Assembly (NCBI GenBank): GCA_043228905.1
Contig: JBHGNT010000012.1
Location: 16,492,001-16,556,000 of the forward strand
Reading direction: 5' to 3'
Source: Azolla caroliniana
Lineage: Eukaryota; Plantae; Polypodiophyta
Length of the DNA: 64,000 nucleotides
The notes beneath the pieces were generated by a model that was given only the letters and a program-made list of their open reading frames with translations, had not been told where the DNA came from and did not search any database. Numbering within the stretch: the stretch's first letter is position 1; each line of letters opens with the position of its first letter. Shown here one piece after another: positions 22,489 to 38,730 of the stretch. The position numbers and the translations under genes were made by a program.

Positions 22489-24031
22489 GCACTCTCTCGA
22501 CCACGCTCTCGTCATGCCGAGCATCTAGAGTTGGTCTCATGCTTCTATTGATGTGGCAAGTTTGATGGTTCCGCCAGAAATCCTTAGTGACACGTCATGG
22601 ACAAAAGCAGAACAGACAGACTCAAGTTAAACTCCTTAATAAAGGGCACACTCAAGTTAAAGCCCGTAATTAACTCTATGTGTTTTTTTTGTAGTAAGGG
22701 TTTAGTGTTGCTACAAGAGTTTAAAGATAAAAATATGTTAGGAACATATCACTACGAGTTCGACAAATGGGTTGCATCGAGGAAAACCCACAAAGAACAT
22801 TTACATTCACATTCCTTGAGTTTGAGCACCACTTTGCTCTACTCTCATTGCTGGATCAAAAATTGGTGGGGGTGAACAAGGTGTTAATATTCCTCGAGCT
22901 TGTCAATCATGACAAGATAACAAAAGTTGGTATTCAACTGGAAGATGACGATGATGTAAATGGACTATTCAAAGATTGGAATGAAGTAAAGAGAATATGC
23001 CAGCAATACGACAAGCATGAAATGACCATCTTGTCCAGTGTTACAAGTGAATCTATGGGGTTAGATTATTATTATGTGTAGTGACCAACAATGGGTTGCT
23101 TACCTAGAGACTAAGAAAACAAAGAAGGTCGTCAACGAGTGAGCCATGACAGTTTGGTTCCAACTCATGTAGAAGGACAGAGTTTGTCAAGAAAGATTGT
23201 TTAGACATACGACATGGCAGAACTCGTCGGGGCGGCACATGAGAGCTTAAAAGAGAAGATCAATGTGGAGGAAAAGCTAGGAAAGATTCCAAAATTGAAG
23301 CCTAACGAACATGAGGTAAATTACACTTGCAGGTCGAACATGAACAAGGAAGGGATGTACGAAAACTTAGAAGTAAACTTGTAAATAGTTAGAACATGTA
23401 CAATATAAAGAAAGAGAGGACTAGGGGAGAAGGTATGGTACATAATACATTCTCGTTATATTAATACAAGATCCCTAGGTGTGGTTCATATATATAGAGT
23501 AATGATGAACATATGTGAAGGTTCACACCTAGGCTACATTATGTTTGGGAATAATGAAATGATGTTTGGAGACAGTCTAGATGATAAAACGTTATGCATC
23601 TCCAAAGCTTCATCCCCAAAATTACTAATTTTGGGTTTAAAAAAATTGAGGAACTTGAGGGTGGTCAAAATGACTTTCTTAAAAGTTTCCCATTTGCATT
23701 CTAGTGTGGCACCATGTTATATCTTTGTCATTTGTAACATATCCTCAACCATCTTGGAATACATAGGCACTCGCTTAAGGTTCACGCTCAAGCACGGTTC
23801 TTCAATGGCTTTCTCGCAGTCAAACCTATGCATACATTTGAGGTCAATACATAAAAGTCCAATTATTAGATTTTGGTGTCCATTCACCAAGTGAGATTTT
23901 ATGTATACAATCCAAAATACCTTCGAAAAGTTGCACATAGTCGATCACACTATTTCCATTGTGTTTTCCACATGTAAAACCATTAGTGTCGGGCCATAAG
24001 GATACACCATTTGCAATAAGCAATTTGATAC

Positions 24032-28131
<4,100 letters not shown>

Positions 28132-28132
28132 G

Positions 28133-28705
28133 TGTTAACCAACATATCTATTATAAAATCATGTGTAATTGTTCCTTGTTGTTTTTAGCTAGCATCATGT
28201 GCATAATTGCTCCCTTGTATTACTTACACTTGACACATGCATGCGTACCTACATGCTCTATTGTATCACATGCGTGCAATAGGTATGCATGCGGCTTAGT
28301 ATAAATAGTTGAGTTCACCTTGAAGGAATTCAAGGTGAACAATACCAGTTATGGAGTCTTTTAGTTAATACCACTTATCTATTTGGTTATCTTCTTTCTA
28401 GTCTCTTGAGCTTATGATCAATTCGTGACATGGCAAAGATAAAGAGGTCGAGGTCAATGCCTTTGTGACACTTACTGTAATACCTCTTCTATATAGTGAT
28501 CCTATTCGGAGTTCCGTGAACTCCCGTGGTTTTCCTCGATTAGGGTTTCCACGTTAATATTCTGTGTCGACTTATTTCGTGTGTAAGTACATCTACTACT
28601 TGTTTTATTTCTGTTTCTTCCATTAAGTGATTAAGACTCAGTTGAGGCTTAGCACTATTCCGTACAACGAGGAGCCCAATTTTGACTTTTGAAACAAAAT
28701 CAACA
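28133..28705 (+). repeat. Isolated Copia-type LTR without matching TSD
   Basis: TGTTAAC...TCAACA ends, TATAAATA near 28300, and the CGTGGTTTT...CCACGTTAAT motif (28525-28553) shared with other Copia LTRs here. Confidence 0.6.
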
Positions 28706-30207
28706 AATCATCTCATATATGAATCCTTCCTAAGATACTTAGAGGTTACATCTCTAAAGTAAAAACTCTCAATATGAAAATAATGCATGTGCATATGTGC
28801 TCATCCTTCTTGGTGGACACATAAGCATGGCACTTACATTATCATGCACATCTAACAAGACATCATATATCCTATGAATTAGCTTATATGCTGAAGATTG
28901 ATATCTTGCATATCTTCATATTTGGGTGATGATGCCATGATGTTACCTCCACACCTAACTTGTGTTGGCTCTATCCACTCAAGTGGAAACCACAACGCAC
29001 AGACAACTGTGAGTTGGTTGAATGTTTACAATCAACTAGGAGCTGACTGAGTGTTTAGGCTGAGCATTGAGCACCAAATTTGGTTGGGTGCTGATTCAGT
29101 TGCGTGCGTGCGTGCTTGTGTATTCAAGACAAATGAGACATTATACTATAAGTTTTATATAAAGCGTGGAGACACACAAAACCAGAGATAGAGAAACACA
29201 ATGCATGAGTGAATAGAGATAACACTGAAAACAGAATTACACAGAGAGAGGAAAAAGATATCTGAGAAAGAGAGGTGTGTGAGAGAACGTTGTGAAGCTT
29301 TTGTAGATAACAAAGAAACAAAGCGTGAAAGCTCAAGAAAGGGGGTGATCGAGAACGAGAACAGGTTGCAAACATGAAGACGGAGATCGTGTGAGGTGTT
29401 GCTCATACTACCAAAGAGTCGTCAACAACTCTTCTGTCTATTTGTACCAGGTTTTCTTGTTCTATGTTTTTTTTGTTTCTTTGTTGTTAATTTCACCCAG
29501 TAGGGTGAATATTGTAACCAAGTGATGTACTCTGTCTTTTGTCGTTTTCGTTGCATCCTATCTATATAATGTGTTGGGAATCCAAGCTAATCCCGAGTCA
29601 GTCTAGTATTCCTAGCAGCTTGTGTGACCAAGCTCATGTGGGTAGCAAGTTCATGACGAAATTCTAAGTACAAGGGTATGATTTTGGAGCTAAATAAACA
29701 AAAAACAAATCTTTGGGTTACCGCATCGAAAGGTTCACGTTATTCACGAAGAATTTGCATTGAGGGTCGTGTCAAAATATTCAAAACGTGATTCTAACCA
29801 TCGAGTGAAGAGTTGTAAGCAATCAAAGAAATTTCGTACAGTAAGAGTCAAGGAAACTTAAGACTTGAGCTTTCTACCGGAGTTAAGAAGTTGACTCGAG
29901 CATTTATTACCCATACCTACACGACTACTGTCCACACTGCTACCACGCCAACTGCCACATCATCAATTGCAATCCTTTACTTTAACCTTACAATTTATGG
30001 AATAAAAAGAAAACGTACTGTCCCTCCCCCCCCTTCTTTTAAACAAGTTTGGGTCTTGTCTTCTCAAAATACCCCTCTATTTACCAACAAAATAAAAATT
30101 CTTACACTACACTTCAAATAAAAAATAAATAAATATATGTGCGTGTGTATAATTTTTATTATACACACATGCACACCAAAGTTAGTTTACACCCTCATTA
30201 GGAGTCT

Positions 30208-33200
30208 TGTTATGTACACATAACGTTGGTGAGGGTAGGTCACTAATATTTACATTAGTGAAGGGTAGGTTCACTAATGTTAAAAAAAGGGCTAATGTGA
30301 TTGGATAGAAGGAATGATAGGTGCATGCACTATCATGATTTGGGCAACCAACGAATGGAGACCCTTTTAGAAAGGCACATCTATTCAAGGGGCCTAGGAA
30401 AAGGTATACATATGAGGCTTACCTACCCTCATAAGGACATTACGTTGAAAGCCTAGCCCGCACCACCGGTGTCTAAGACAACAACATTCACCACCGGTGT
30501 CTAAGACAACAACATTCTGCCATGATCATTCAAGATAGAGATTCGAGAAAGACATCTTAGCTATGTTTTCCCCCATGGTTTTTAAAACACCATAGTGTTA
30601 CCATAGTTATTGGATCTCAAATCACATCTCATATGTCTAGAGGGGTAAAGACGTGAGATGCTTTCTTGGTAAAGTTCTTACAATCAACATTTCAAGCATT
30701 CATTTTGCTTGTGTATTTTTTGAACCTCCTTATTTATATTGCATACCCACAACTTGCATCATGGAACAAGTTTTAAACGCTGTTAGAGCGATCTCTCCGA
30801 CGGAGACCTCTCAACTCCAATCCGCATCTCGCACACAAGATGAGATCACTATTGAGCAATTGCTCACTACTACCTTGAATCAATTGGCTGAAATGAGGCA
30901 AGCCAATATGGCATTGGAAAAGAAATTCGAAAAATTGACTATTGAGTCCAAGAAAGAAGGTGAACCTTCTTACGTAGTAACGCCATTCAAGGGAGATAAG
31001 AAAGAAAGAACTGAGGAGGCCATTAGCACTTTGCTTGGTCGTTGGGAGTCTCCCTTTGAGCTCCACCCCAAGCCCGATGCTATAAAAATTGGTTATGTCG
31101 ATCGTGAGTTAGGTGGCCGAGCTACTGCTTGGTGGCGCGGCCTAAGGACTGCAAAGAACTTACCCACAACTTGGGAAGGTTTTGTTGATGTTTTTAAGAA
31201 ACAATTTTTGCAGCCACCTTCTCAAACTGAACAAGCGCAACACTTGCTCATGTTGTCGAGTAAGCCATTTACCTCTCTCGAGGATTATATGCATCATACT
31301 CGGACCCAGATCCAAAAATCGAGACTTATGGGTGAGAAATGGTTTGTTGCTTGCTTTTTGAATGGTATTCCCAATGGGGATTGCCATTGGATTGTCCATG
31401 ACAAGGACCCCACAAATTTCGAGGAAGCTGTTAACATTGTACTTCGGTACCATAGGACTTCTAAGAAAGACCACAATAAACCTGAGTTCATAAAAAAGCT
31501 GAATATCAAGTTCATTGGGAAACGTAAGCAATCCAGTGACACTTTTGACCCCGACTCCAATAAACCGAACCTCTTCTGTGCATCTTGCAAGAAGCGGGGC
31601 CACACAAAGGATGCCTGTCGTCGTCTTGAGAGGAAGTCAATGAACACCCCTCAAGACAAATCTACGAGTCACACAGGTGAGTCATTTGATGTTCTTGAAG
31701 TTCATACCAACCACTTAAGTTCATGTGAATGCACTTTTCCTTCACATTTACTTGAACCTAATGATTTACTCTGACTAGTCGGGTATACCAATGGAACACA
31801 AGCACAATTCTTGTTTGATTCCGGTAGTTCTCACAATTTTCTTAATGATCACTTTGTGCAACAAATGGAACTCCACATAAACGCAAGTGATCATATCTAT
31901 CAAGTTCACATGGCAAATGGAAGCGTTCAATACATTAGTGGCATTGCTTGTCAACTGCCAATTCAAATAGATACCTATTTGGAGAAGCTAGACTTTCATG
32001 TTATGAAAATACAATTTGCAAATGTCATTTTAGGATACCCTTGGTTTTTTAATAAACCCCCTTCTTTGTCCATTGATTGGGTTAATCACTCAATCACATT
32101 TGAACTTAATAATTGTAAACATTTTATTCAATGTTCCAAACTTCCTTCTTGTTCACTTGTGTCTTCTAAATCTTTAAGCGAGTATTCTAGTTCATTAATT
32201 TATTCATGTGTAATTGATCCTGCGCTTCAATTTTATTATTTTAATATTGACGCCACACAATTACCACATTATGAACAACGATTACTCGACTCTATTTTAG
32301 ACGATTTTCAAGACATGTTTCCTAACGAATTGCCGCTTACTTTACCACCAAAACGTAATGTGGACCATCAAATTGAACTCATCCCTGGTGTTGCTCATGT
32401 GAGCATTCTACCTTACTGACTTAGTCAATTAGAAGAGGATGAGATCGCTAAAAAACTTAAGGAATACTTGAGTATGGGCCACATTAGGTATAGTAAATCA
32501 CCTTGGGGTGCGCCAGTTCTATTAGTTAAGAAGAAGGAAGGTTCATGGCGAATGTGTATCAATTATCGCCGTTTGAATAGAATGACAATTAAAACTGCAT
32601 TTCCGCTACCTTGTGCCGATGATTTGATTGATCGTTTGCATAGGGCCCGATATTTTACGAAAATTGACTTACAAACAGGTTACCATTAGATTCGCATTGC
32701 CAAGGATGATATTCCTAAAACCGCTTTTCGTACGCGCTATGGCCATTATGAGTTTTTAGTCATGCCTTTTAGGTTGACTAATGCTCCAACCACATTCCAA
32801 CAAGCGATCAATGACGTTTTCTGAGATCAACTCGGTGATTTTGTTGTCGTCTTCTTGGATGATATTTTGATATATAGCCATACCTTGCATGATCATGTTC
32901 AACAAGTTCGATTTGTTTTGCAAAAGTTGCGTGACTACTCTTTCTATGCAAAACATTCAAAATGTGATTTTTTCCAAAAATCTATTGTGTACCTAGGTCA
33001 TTTAATTACGGAAAATGGCATTGAAATTGAACCTTCTCGTTTTGAAAAGGTTAAACTTTGGACCATTCCTTGTAATATTGGTGAACTGCAATCATTCTTA
33101 AGGTTTGTTGGATTTTTACGAAAATCAATTCGTAACTATTCCAAATTGACTACACCATTAACTGACCTTTTAAAAGGTCATCCACGTAAGTTTGTCAAAC

Positions 33201-35628
33201 CGATTGCATGGAATGAACAACTTGACAAATCATTTGAGACACTCAAAGAGCATGTGTGTTAAGCTCCCACTCTTCTATTACCGGACCCTTATAAGCCTTT
33301 CTCAATTGAAACTGATGCTAGTGATTATGCTATTGGTGCCGTTCTTTATCAAGGCGGTAACCCTATTGCTTTTGAAAGTAAGAAGCTTGATGCTACTCAA
33401 TCTTAGTATTCGGTTCAAGAGAAAGAGTTGTTTACAGTAATACATGCACTTAAAACAGGGAGGCACTATCTCTATGGAAATAAATTTGTGGTTACAACAG
33501 ACCATCAATCATTGAAGTATTTTTGTGACCAACCAAATCTTGTTGGTCGTAAAGGCCGTTGGGCTGACCTTATGCAAGAATTTGATTTTTCCATACGATA
33601 TCACAAGGGTTCTATGAACACCGTTGCATATGCATTAAAGAAGTTAACATGCTTAGCTTCACGGAAATAAAATCTTATCGTTTAGATCACCTTCGAGGGA
33701 AATACCTTGATGACAGTTATTTCTCAAAATACTAGACGAAAGTCGAATCTGATTTAGATGTCGTTACTAGCACCCTAGCCTCGAAGTTGACCTTTCACAT
33801 TACAAACAGTTTGCTCTACCGTAGTGGAAAGGTCTGTGTTCCAGATTTACCAAACGTAAAACGGAAAATTCTTCATGAATGTCATGATGCACCATCTACG
33901 GGTCATCTTGGAATACAATGCATACTCGTTCTCATCTCGAGTACTTTTTTCTGGCCTAAGATGCACTATGATGTGCATAAATACGTAACTCAATGCTTAC
34001 AATGTTAGATTAATAAGTTGGAACGACTTAAAGCTACTGGTCTTTTACATCCCTTAGATATTCCCAACAACAAATGGGAAAGTATCTCCATGGATTTTAT
34101 TGTTAGTTTACCTGTACACAGAGGGTTCATGATGTCATTTGGGTTGTCGTTGACAGACTAACAAAATTGGCTAGATTTATTCCAACCAAAACCACGGTAA
34201 CTACTCAACAATTAGCTTATCAATTTGTTGATGAGTTATCTCATTTTTATGGATTACCGATGGATATTGTTAGTGATCGAGATTCCAAGTTTACTAGTGA
34301 CTTTTAGACTCATGTCTTTAAGAAACTAGAAACTATGTTGAGCATGAGTTCTGCAGATCACCCTCAATCTGATGGACAAATTGAACGAGTTAATCAAATC
34401 ATTGAGGACATGCTTCGAGCTTATGTAGCAAAAACCCCTTCTAAGTGGGAGCAATACCTTCCTATCTTAGAATTTGCCTATAACAACTCTAAACATACAT
34501 CCATTGGGTATAATCCTTTTATGTTGATGTATGGTTTTCAGCCACGTGCCCTAGTCGATGTCACGATTTATCATGATACATTAGACAATACACGCAATTT
34601 TTTGCAAGACATGAACCAAATGTTGCATATTGCTAAAGAAAATGTCAAGATAGCTCAAGATCGTGCTCGATTTTATGCTAATCAGGAGAGACGTCCTCGT
34701 GCATTTACTATTGTTCAAAAAGTTTTTTTTTGTGTCCCTACTAACTCTACGACATTTTCTACGGGAAGTGTGCTAAGTTAGCCCCACGATATTGTGGCCC
34801 ATTTGAAATCCTTAAGCGAGTTGGGTCATCTGCTTATCACCTTGCCTTACCCCGTAACGTTGGCATTCATCATGTTTTTCACATCAGTCATCGAAAACCA
34901 TTTTTAGGCTCTGGTGATAACACCATCACAATCCAAGATCTTGTAACATTAGAGGATTTTTCTTACAAACCTCATGTTCCTGAACAAATTCTTGATTCTC
35001 GTACTAAACATTTACGTTCTAAAGAAATTCGGCTATTCAAGATCAAATGGATGTATAAACCTATTGATGATGCCACATGGGAATGCGAGCATACTCTTAA
35101 GGCACAATTTCCTCACTTCATATTGCAAGAGTTCAATCTTTTAAAGTAGGGGAGTATGTTATGTACACATAATGTTGGTGAGGGTAGGTCATTAATATTT
35201 ACATTAGTGAAGGGTATGTTCACAAATGTTAAAAAAGGGGCTAATGTGATTGGATAGAAGGAATGATAGGTGCAAGCACTATCATGATTTGGGCAACCAA
35301 TGAATGGAGACCCTTTTAGAAAGGCATATCTATTCAAGGGGCCTAGGAAAAGGTATAAATATGAGGCTTAGCTACCCTCATAAGGACATTATGTCGGAAG
35401 GCTGTTGTCTTAGACACCGGTGGTGCGGGCTAGGCTTTCGTCTCAATCATGTTTATCTCTTCCAAGGTATTAGTCATCCTAATATCCAACGGTATGGGAT
35501 GTCGGTGGTAGGTTGGCTATGTCTAGATCATAGCTCGGGGATGGTCGGGTGGAATGAGTTCTTCTATCCAATCTATTTTCTTTCTTTTACTTAACTTTGG
35601 TCTATTGATTAGTAATAGACGCTTAACA
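30208..35628 (+). mobile_element. Degenerate Ty3/Gypsy chromovirus with rearranged, truncated 5' LTR
   Basis: TSD AGTCT at 30203-30207 and 35629-35633; 3' LTR 35157-35628 after PPT; gag with CASCKKRGHTKDAC, protease [15 protein letters not shown], RNase H ETDAS, integrase and chromodomain (FKIKW...ATWE), with stops and frameshifts. Confidence 0.92.
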
Positions 35629-35769
35629 AGTCTAGAGGAAATAAACCCAAGTCCTAGAAAAATTTGCATCCATAAACCTCTAACATCAACAGCTGCCAAT
35701 CCCATCCAATTTGGTTTAAGTCCCCGGTGGTCCCGCTCACGTTTCACATGCATACATTTGCGCATATGT

Positions 35770-36400
35770 TTACAACAACATAAGAATAATTTTGTATTTT
35801 TTTCTATTTCATTCAATGTACTAAGTGAACTAGTGCCACCCCACACTTCCATTCTATAAATCAACACCATGGATCATCATAGCATTAAATAACATCAATC
35901 TCACTTCCCTTTCTTGGGTATCACTTTCGTTGTATTGATGTTCAAACATCAAATAATAATGCCAACCTGCTTCAAATCTAGACTCATATCCTAAATTCTA
36001 CCTATAAATTGATATGACATAATATCAAGATATTTAAGATTTTCACTGTCTTTATTAGTTCTCCCTTGTATGTAAAAGTAAGGTAATGTCTTGGTTGTAT
36101 TGCCTTCATTGCCATCATTTGGGGTCTGCAACACAATTGAAGACTTACATATATTTTTCCAATTTTTACAATACTGGGATCTGCATCACAATTGGAATAT
36201 GTGTAATGCGTTCATGGTCGATAGTAGACATGGTATGAAAGCTTATGTGAAGAGGTTGAAAGGCATTCTCATGTGGAAATTTTGGTTGTTAGAGCTTGTG
36301 GAGATTATTCAAGTTTTCTAATGGCTTTACAAGATGTCCCTTTCCATACACATGTAGGTAGAGAACTAAGACATTCTAACAAGAGGGTTTTACATTCAAT
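35770..36400 (-). mobile_element. Decayed LINE RT/C-terminal remnant
   Basis: VLIYRMEVWGG...TLNEIEK...KLFL resembles the LINE motif VLLYG.EVWG; heavily disrupted, boundaries approximate. Confidence 0.4.
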
Positions 36401-36428
36401 TAATATAATTGTGTGTTTTGACGAAAAG

Positions 36429-36433
<5 letters not shown>

Positions 36434-36463
<30 letters not shown>
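36434..36463. repeat. (TA)n microsatellite
   Basis: Directly visible. Confidence 0.9.
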
Positions 36464-36465
<2 letters not shown>

Positions 36466-37090
36466 CACAAGAAAAAATTTAAGACAATACATTAGCAAAA
36501 TGGGGTAGGATTACGCTAGAACTATTAACAAAAGATTTTACGTTATAAATACAAGAGGGGTGTCCTTGGTTCATGCTAATTGGTAGGAATTTGATGGCTG
36601 TCCACCCGATGAAGGCCTTTCAAAATGTCATTATTAATAAGACATTTCTATAATATATCATGTGGATATATTAAAATGTCTTATATTTTACCTTTTGGAT
36701 AATTAATAATTTTGTTGGACTATAAATTGACTACAAAGTTAGAAATATGTGATTTCAATAAAATTGACATGCTTTGAAACTACACATCCCACAAAATTAT
36801 AGGGTTTACATGTCAATTCCTAAGATCTAACGTTAACAACATTCGAAACATGTCATAAATATCACAACATATAATTTATAGAAACAAATACGGGGTTGCT
36901 TTCTTCTTTCCATATACAAAAATGTCTTTGTTTATCATTGATAAAGAAAAGACACTCAATGATTAACAACATGCATGAAGTGATTAATCACGCATGTATA
37001 TGTGTAGCATCTCTAAATAAGGCCACAATTAGGAAATTATGAAATCAAAGTAGCTTATTATCGAACAAGAAATATAGGAATAGAGGAGTA

Positions 37091-37984
37091 ATGGAGTTAT
37101 TGTACATCTTTGTAGCTCCTTTAGTTGTGATCTTGTTAGGAGCACTATTACAACCATATTGGTGGAGGAATGCTAGATCGACGCTTCCACCCGGGCCACC
37201 TTTGCGTGTTCCCATTCTAGGCCACCTTCCCAACCTCTTCATAGAAAGAAAATCCTTACATCGATACTTTGCCAAGCTCACACATGAATACGGGCCAATC
37301 CTCTTCTTTCGTCTTGGGTCCATGCCCATGATTGTCATCTCGAGTCCCCAACTTGCAAAAGAGTTCCTTCTTACACATGATAAGACGTTCTCCAATCGCC
37401 CCACCTTCACAAGCGCTACATGCATGGGTGGCATCGAAGCACATAGGGCAGTTATGCTCCTCCCCTATGGTGAGGAATGGAGAGATGGCCGAAAGCTTTA
37501 TAGTCTCCAACTCTTCTCTACCCATCGAATCCATGAGTTCCAATCACACATCATCTTGTGCGAAATCCACCACCTCATTTCCAACAATCTTCAGCCAGTT
37601 CGTAACACGACACTTGTCAATCTCACCAATTTGTTCGACAAACTCCTTGAGAATATAATTTGTTCTATTATTTTCCAACAACGTCCCTCTCAAGTCATGG
37701 TGGAAGGCTCTTTGAGCCTCTCTCAATTGACTCGAAAAGCCGCACATCTAATCTCCATTCCCCTCATTAGTGATTTCTTGCCTTGGCTCAGCTTTATGGA
37801 CTCTAAACTAAAGGTTAGCATGAAGAAATGGAGATCTTCCTTCATTGCCCTTATGGACCATATCATCGATGAGCGCAAGCAGACTAATATCAGTGCTAAT
37901 AATGTGAAACCGAAAGATATTTTGGACGTGTTTTTATTGCCAGAGAACAACTTGAGCAAAGACATGATCCAAGTCTACATTGCG
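37091..37984 (+). CDS. P450 exon 1
   Basis: ATG at 37091 to GCG|GTGAGT; 894 nt. Confidence 0.9.
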
Positions 37985-38730
37985 GTGAGTAGTTCCAACC
38001 ACAACAAACAACTTACTCCATTAAACACTATTTAGTTTATTTACATCTATGATTGACACCGACAACTTACTCCATTAAACACTATTTACTTCATATACCA
38101 CAGGAGCTATTGTCAGCTGGGATTGACACATCTAGCACCACACTAGACTGGGCTATGTCTGAACTGTTGGAGAATCCACATGTCTTAGCAAAGCTTCGAG
38201 CCGAGCTCGACCAGGTGGTGGGGATCGAACGATGTGTGAATGAGTCGGACATCCCAAACCTACCATATCTACAAGCAGTAATAAAGGAGACATTCCGAAA
38301 GCATCCGCCGGCACCGTTGCTGGTTCCACACATGTCGTCTGAGGCGACATGTGTGGGGGGCTACATGATCCCAAAAGGGACGAGGCTCTTTGTGAACGTG
38401 TGGGCCATAGGGCATGACCCTAAGGTGTGGAAAGACCCTGAGGTGTTCATGCCCGAGCGATTCCTCCGTATCGATGATGAAACCAACAAGGTGGACGTGA
38501 AGGGGCATCACTTTGAGCTCCTTCCATTCGGTTCGGGCCGGAGGATCTGTCCGGGCATGAGCCTCGCCATGTCCATTGTGCACCTCACTCTCTCAACACT
38601 TGTCCACACATTGGAGTGGGAGCTCCCTCCTAGTCAAAAGTTTGTGGACATGTCGGAGAGGTCGGGATTGATTTGCCATCGGCTTCATCCTCTTCTTGTT
38701 CCCCCTCCGAGGCCACGGATTGCACCATGA
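37091..38730 (+). CDS. Cytochrome P450, CYP71 clan (A-type), 2 exons, 506 aa
   Basis: Exons 37091-37984 and 38104-38730 separated by a phase-0 GT-AG intron at the conserved A-type position. N-terminal membrane anchor, PPGP hinge, AGIDTS, ETFR, PERF, PFGSGRRICPG heme motif. Confidence 0.95.
38104..38730 (+). CDS. P450 exon 2
   Basis: CAG|GAGCTATTG to TGA; 627 nt. Confidence 0.9.
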   Translation, partial: ELLSAGIDTSSTTLDWAMSELLENPHVLAKLRAELDQVVGIERCVNESDIPNLPYLQAVIKETFRKHPPAPLLVPHMSSEATCVGGYMIPKGTRLFVNVWAIGHDPKVWKDPEVFMPERFLRIDDETNKVDVKGHHFELLPFGSGRRICPGMSLAMSIVHLTLSTLVHTLEWELPPSQKFVDMSERSGLICHRLHPLLVPPPRPRIAP

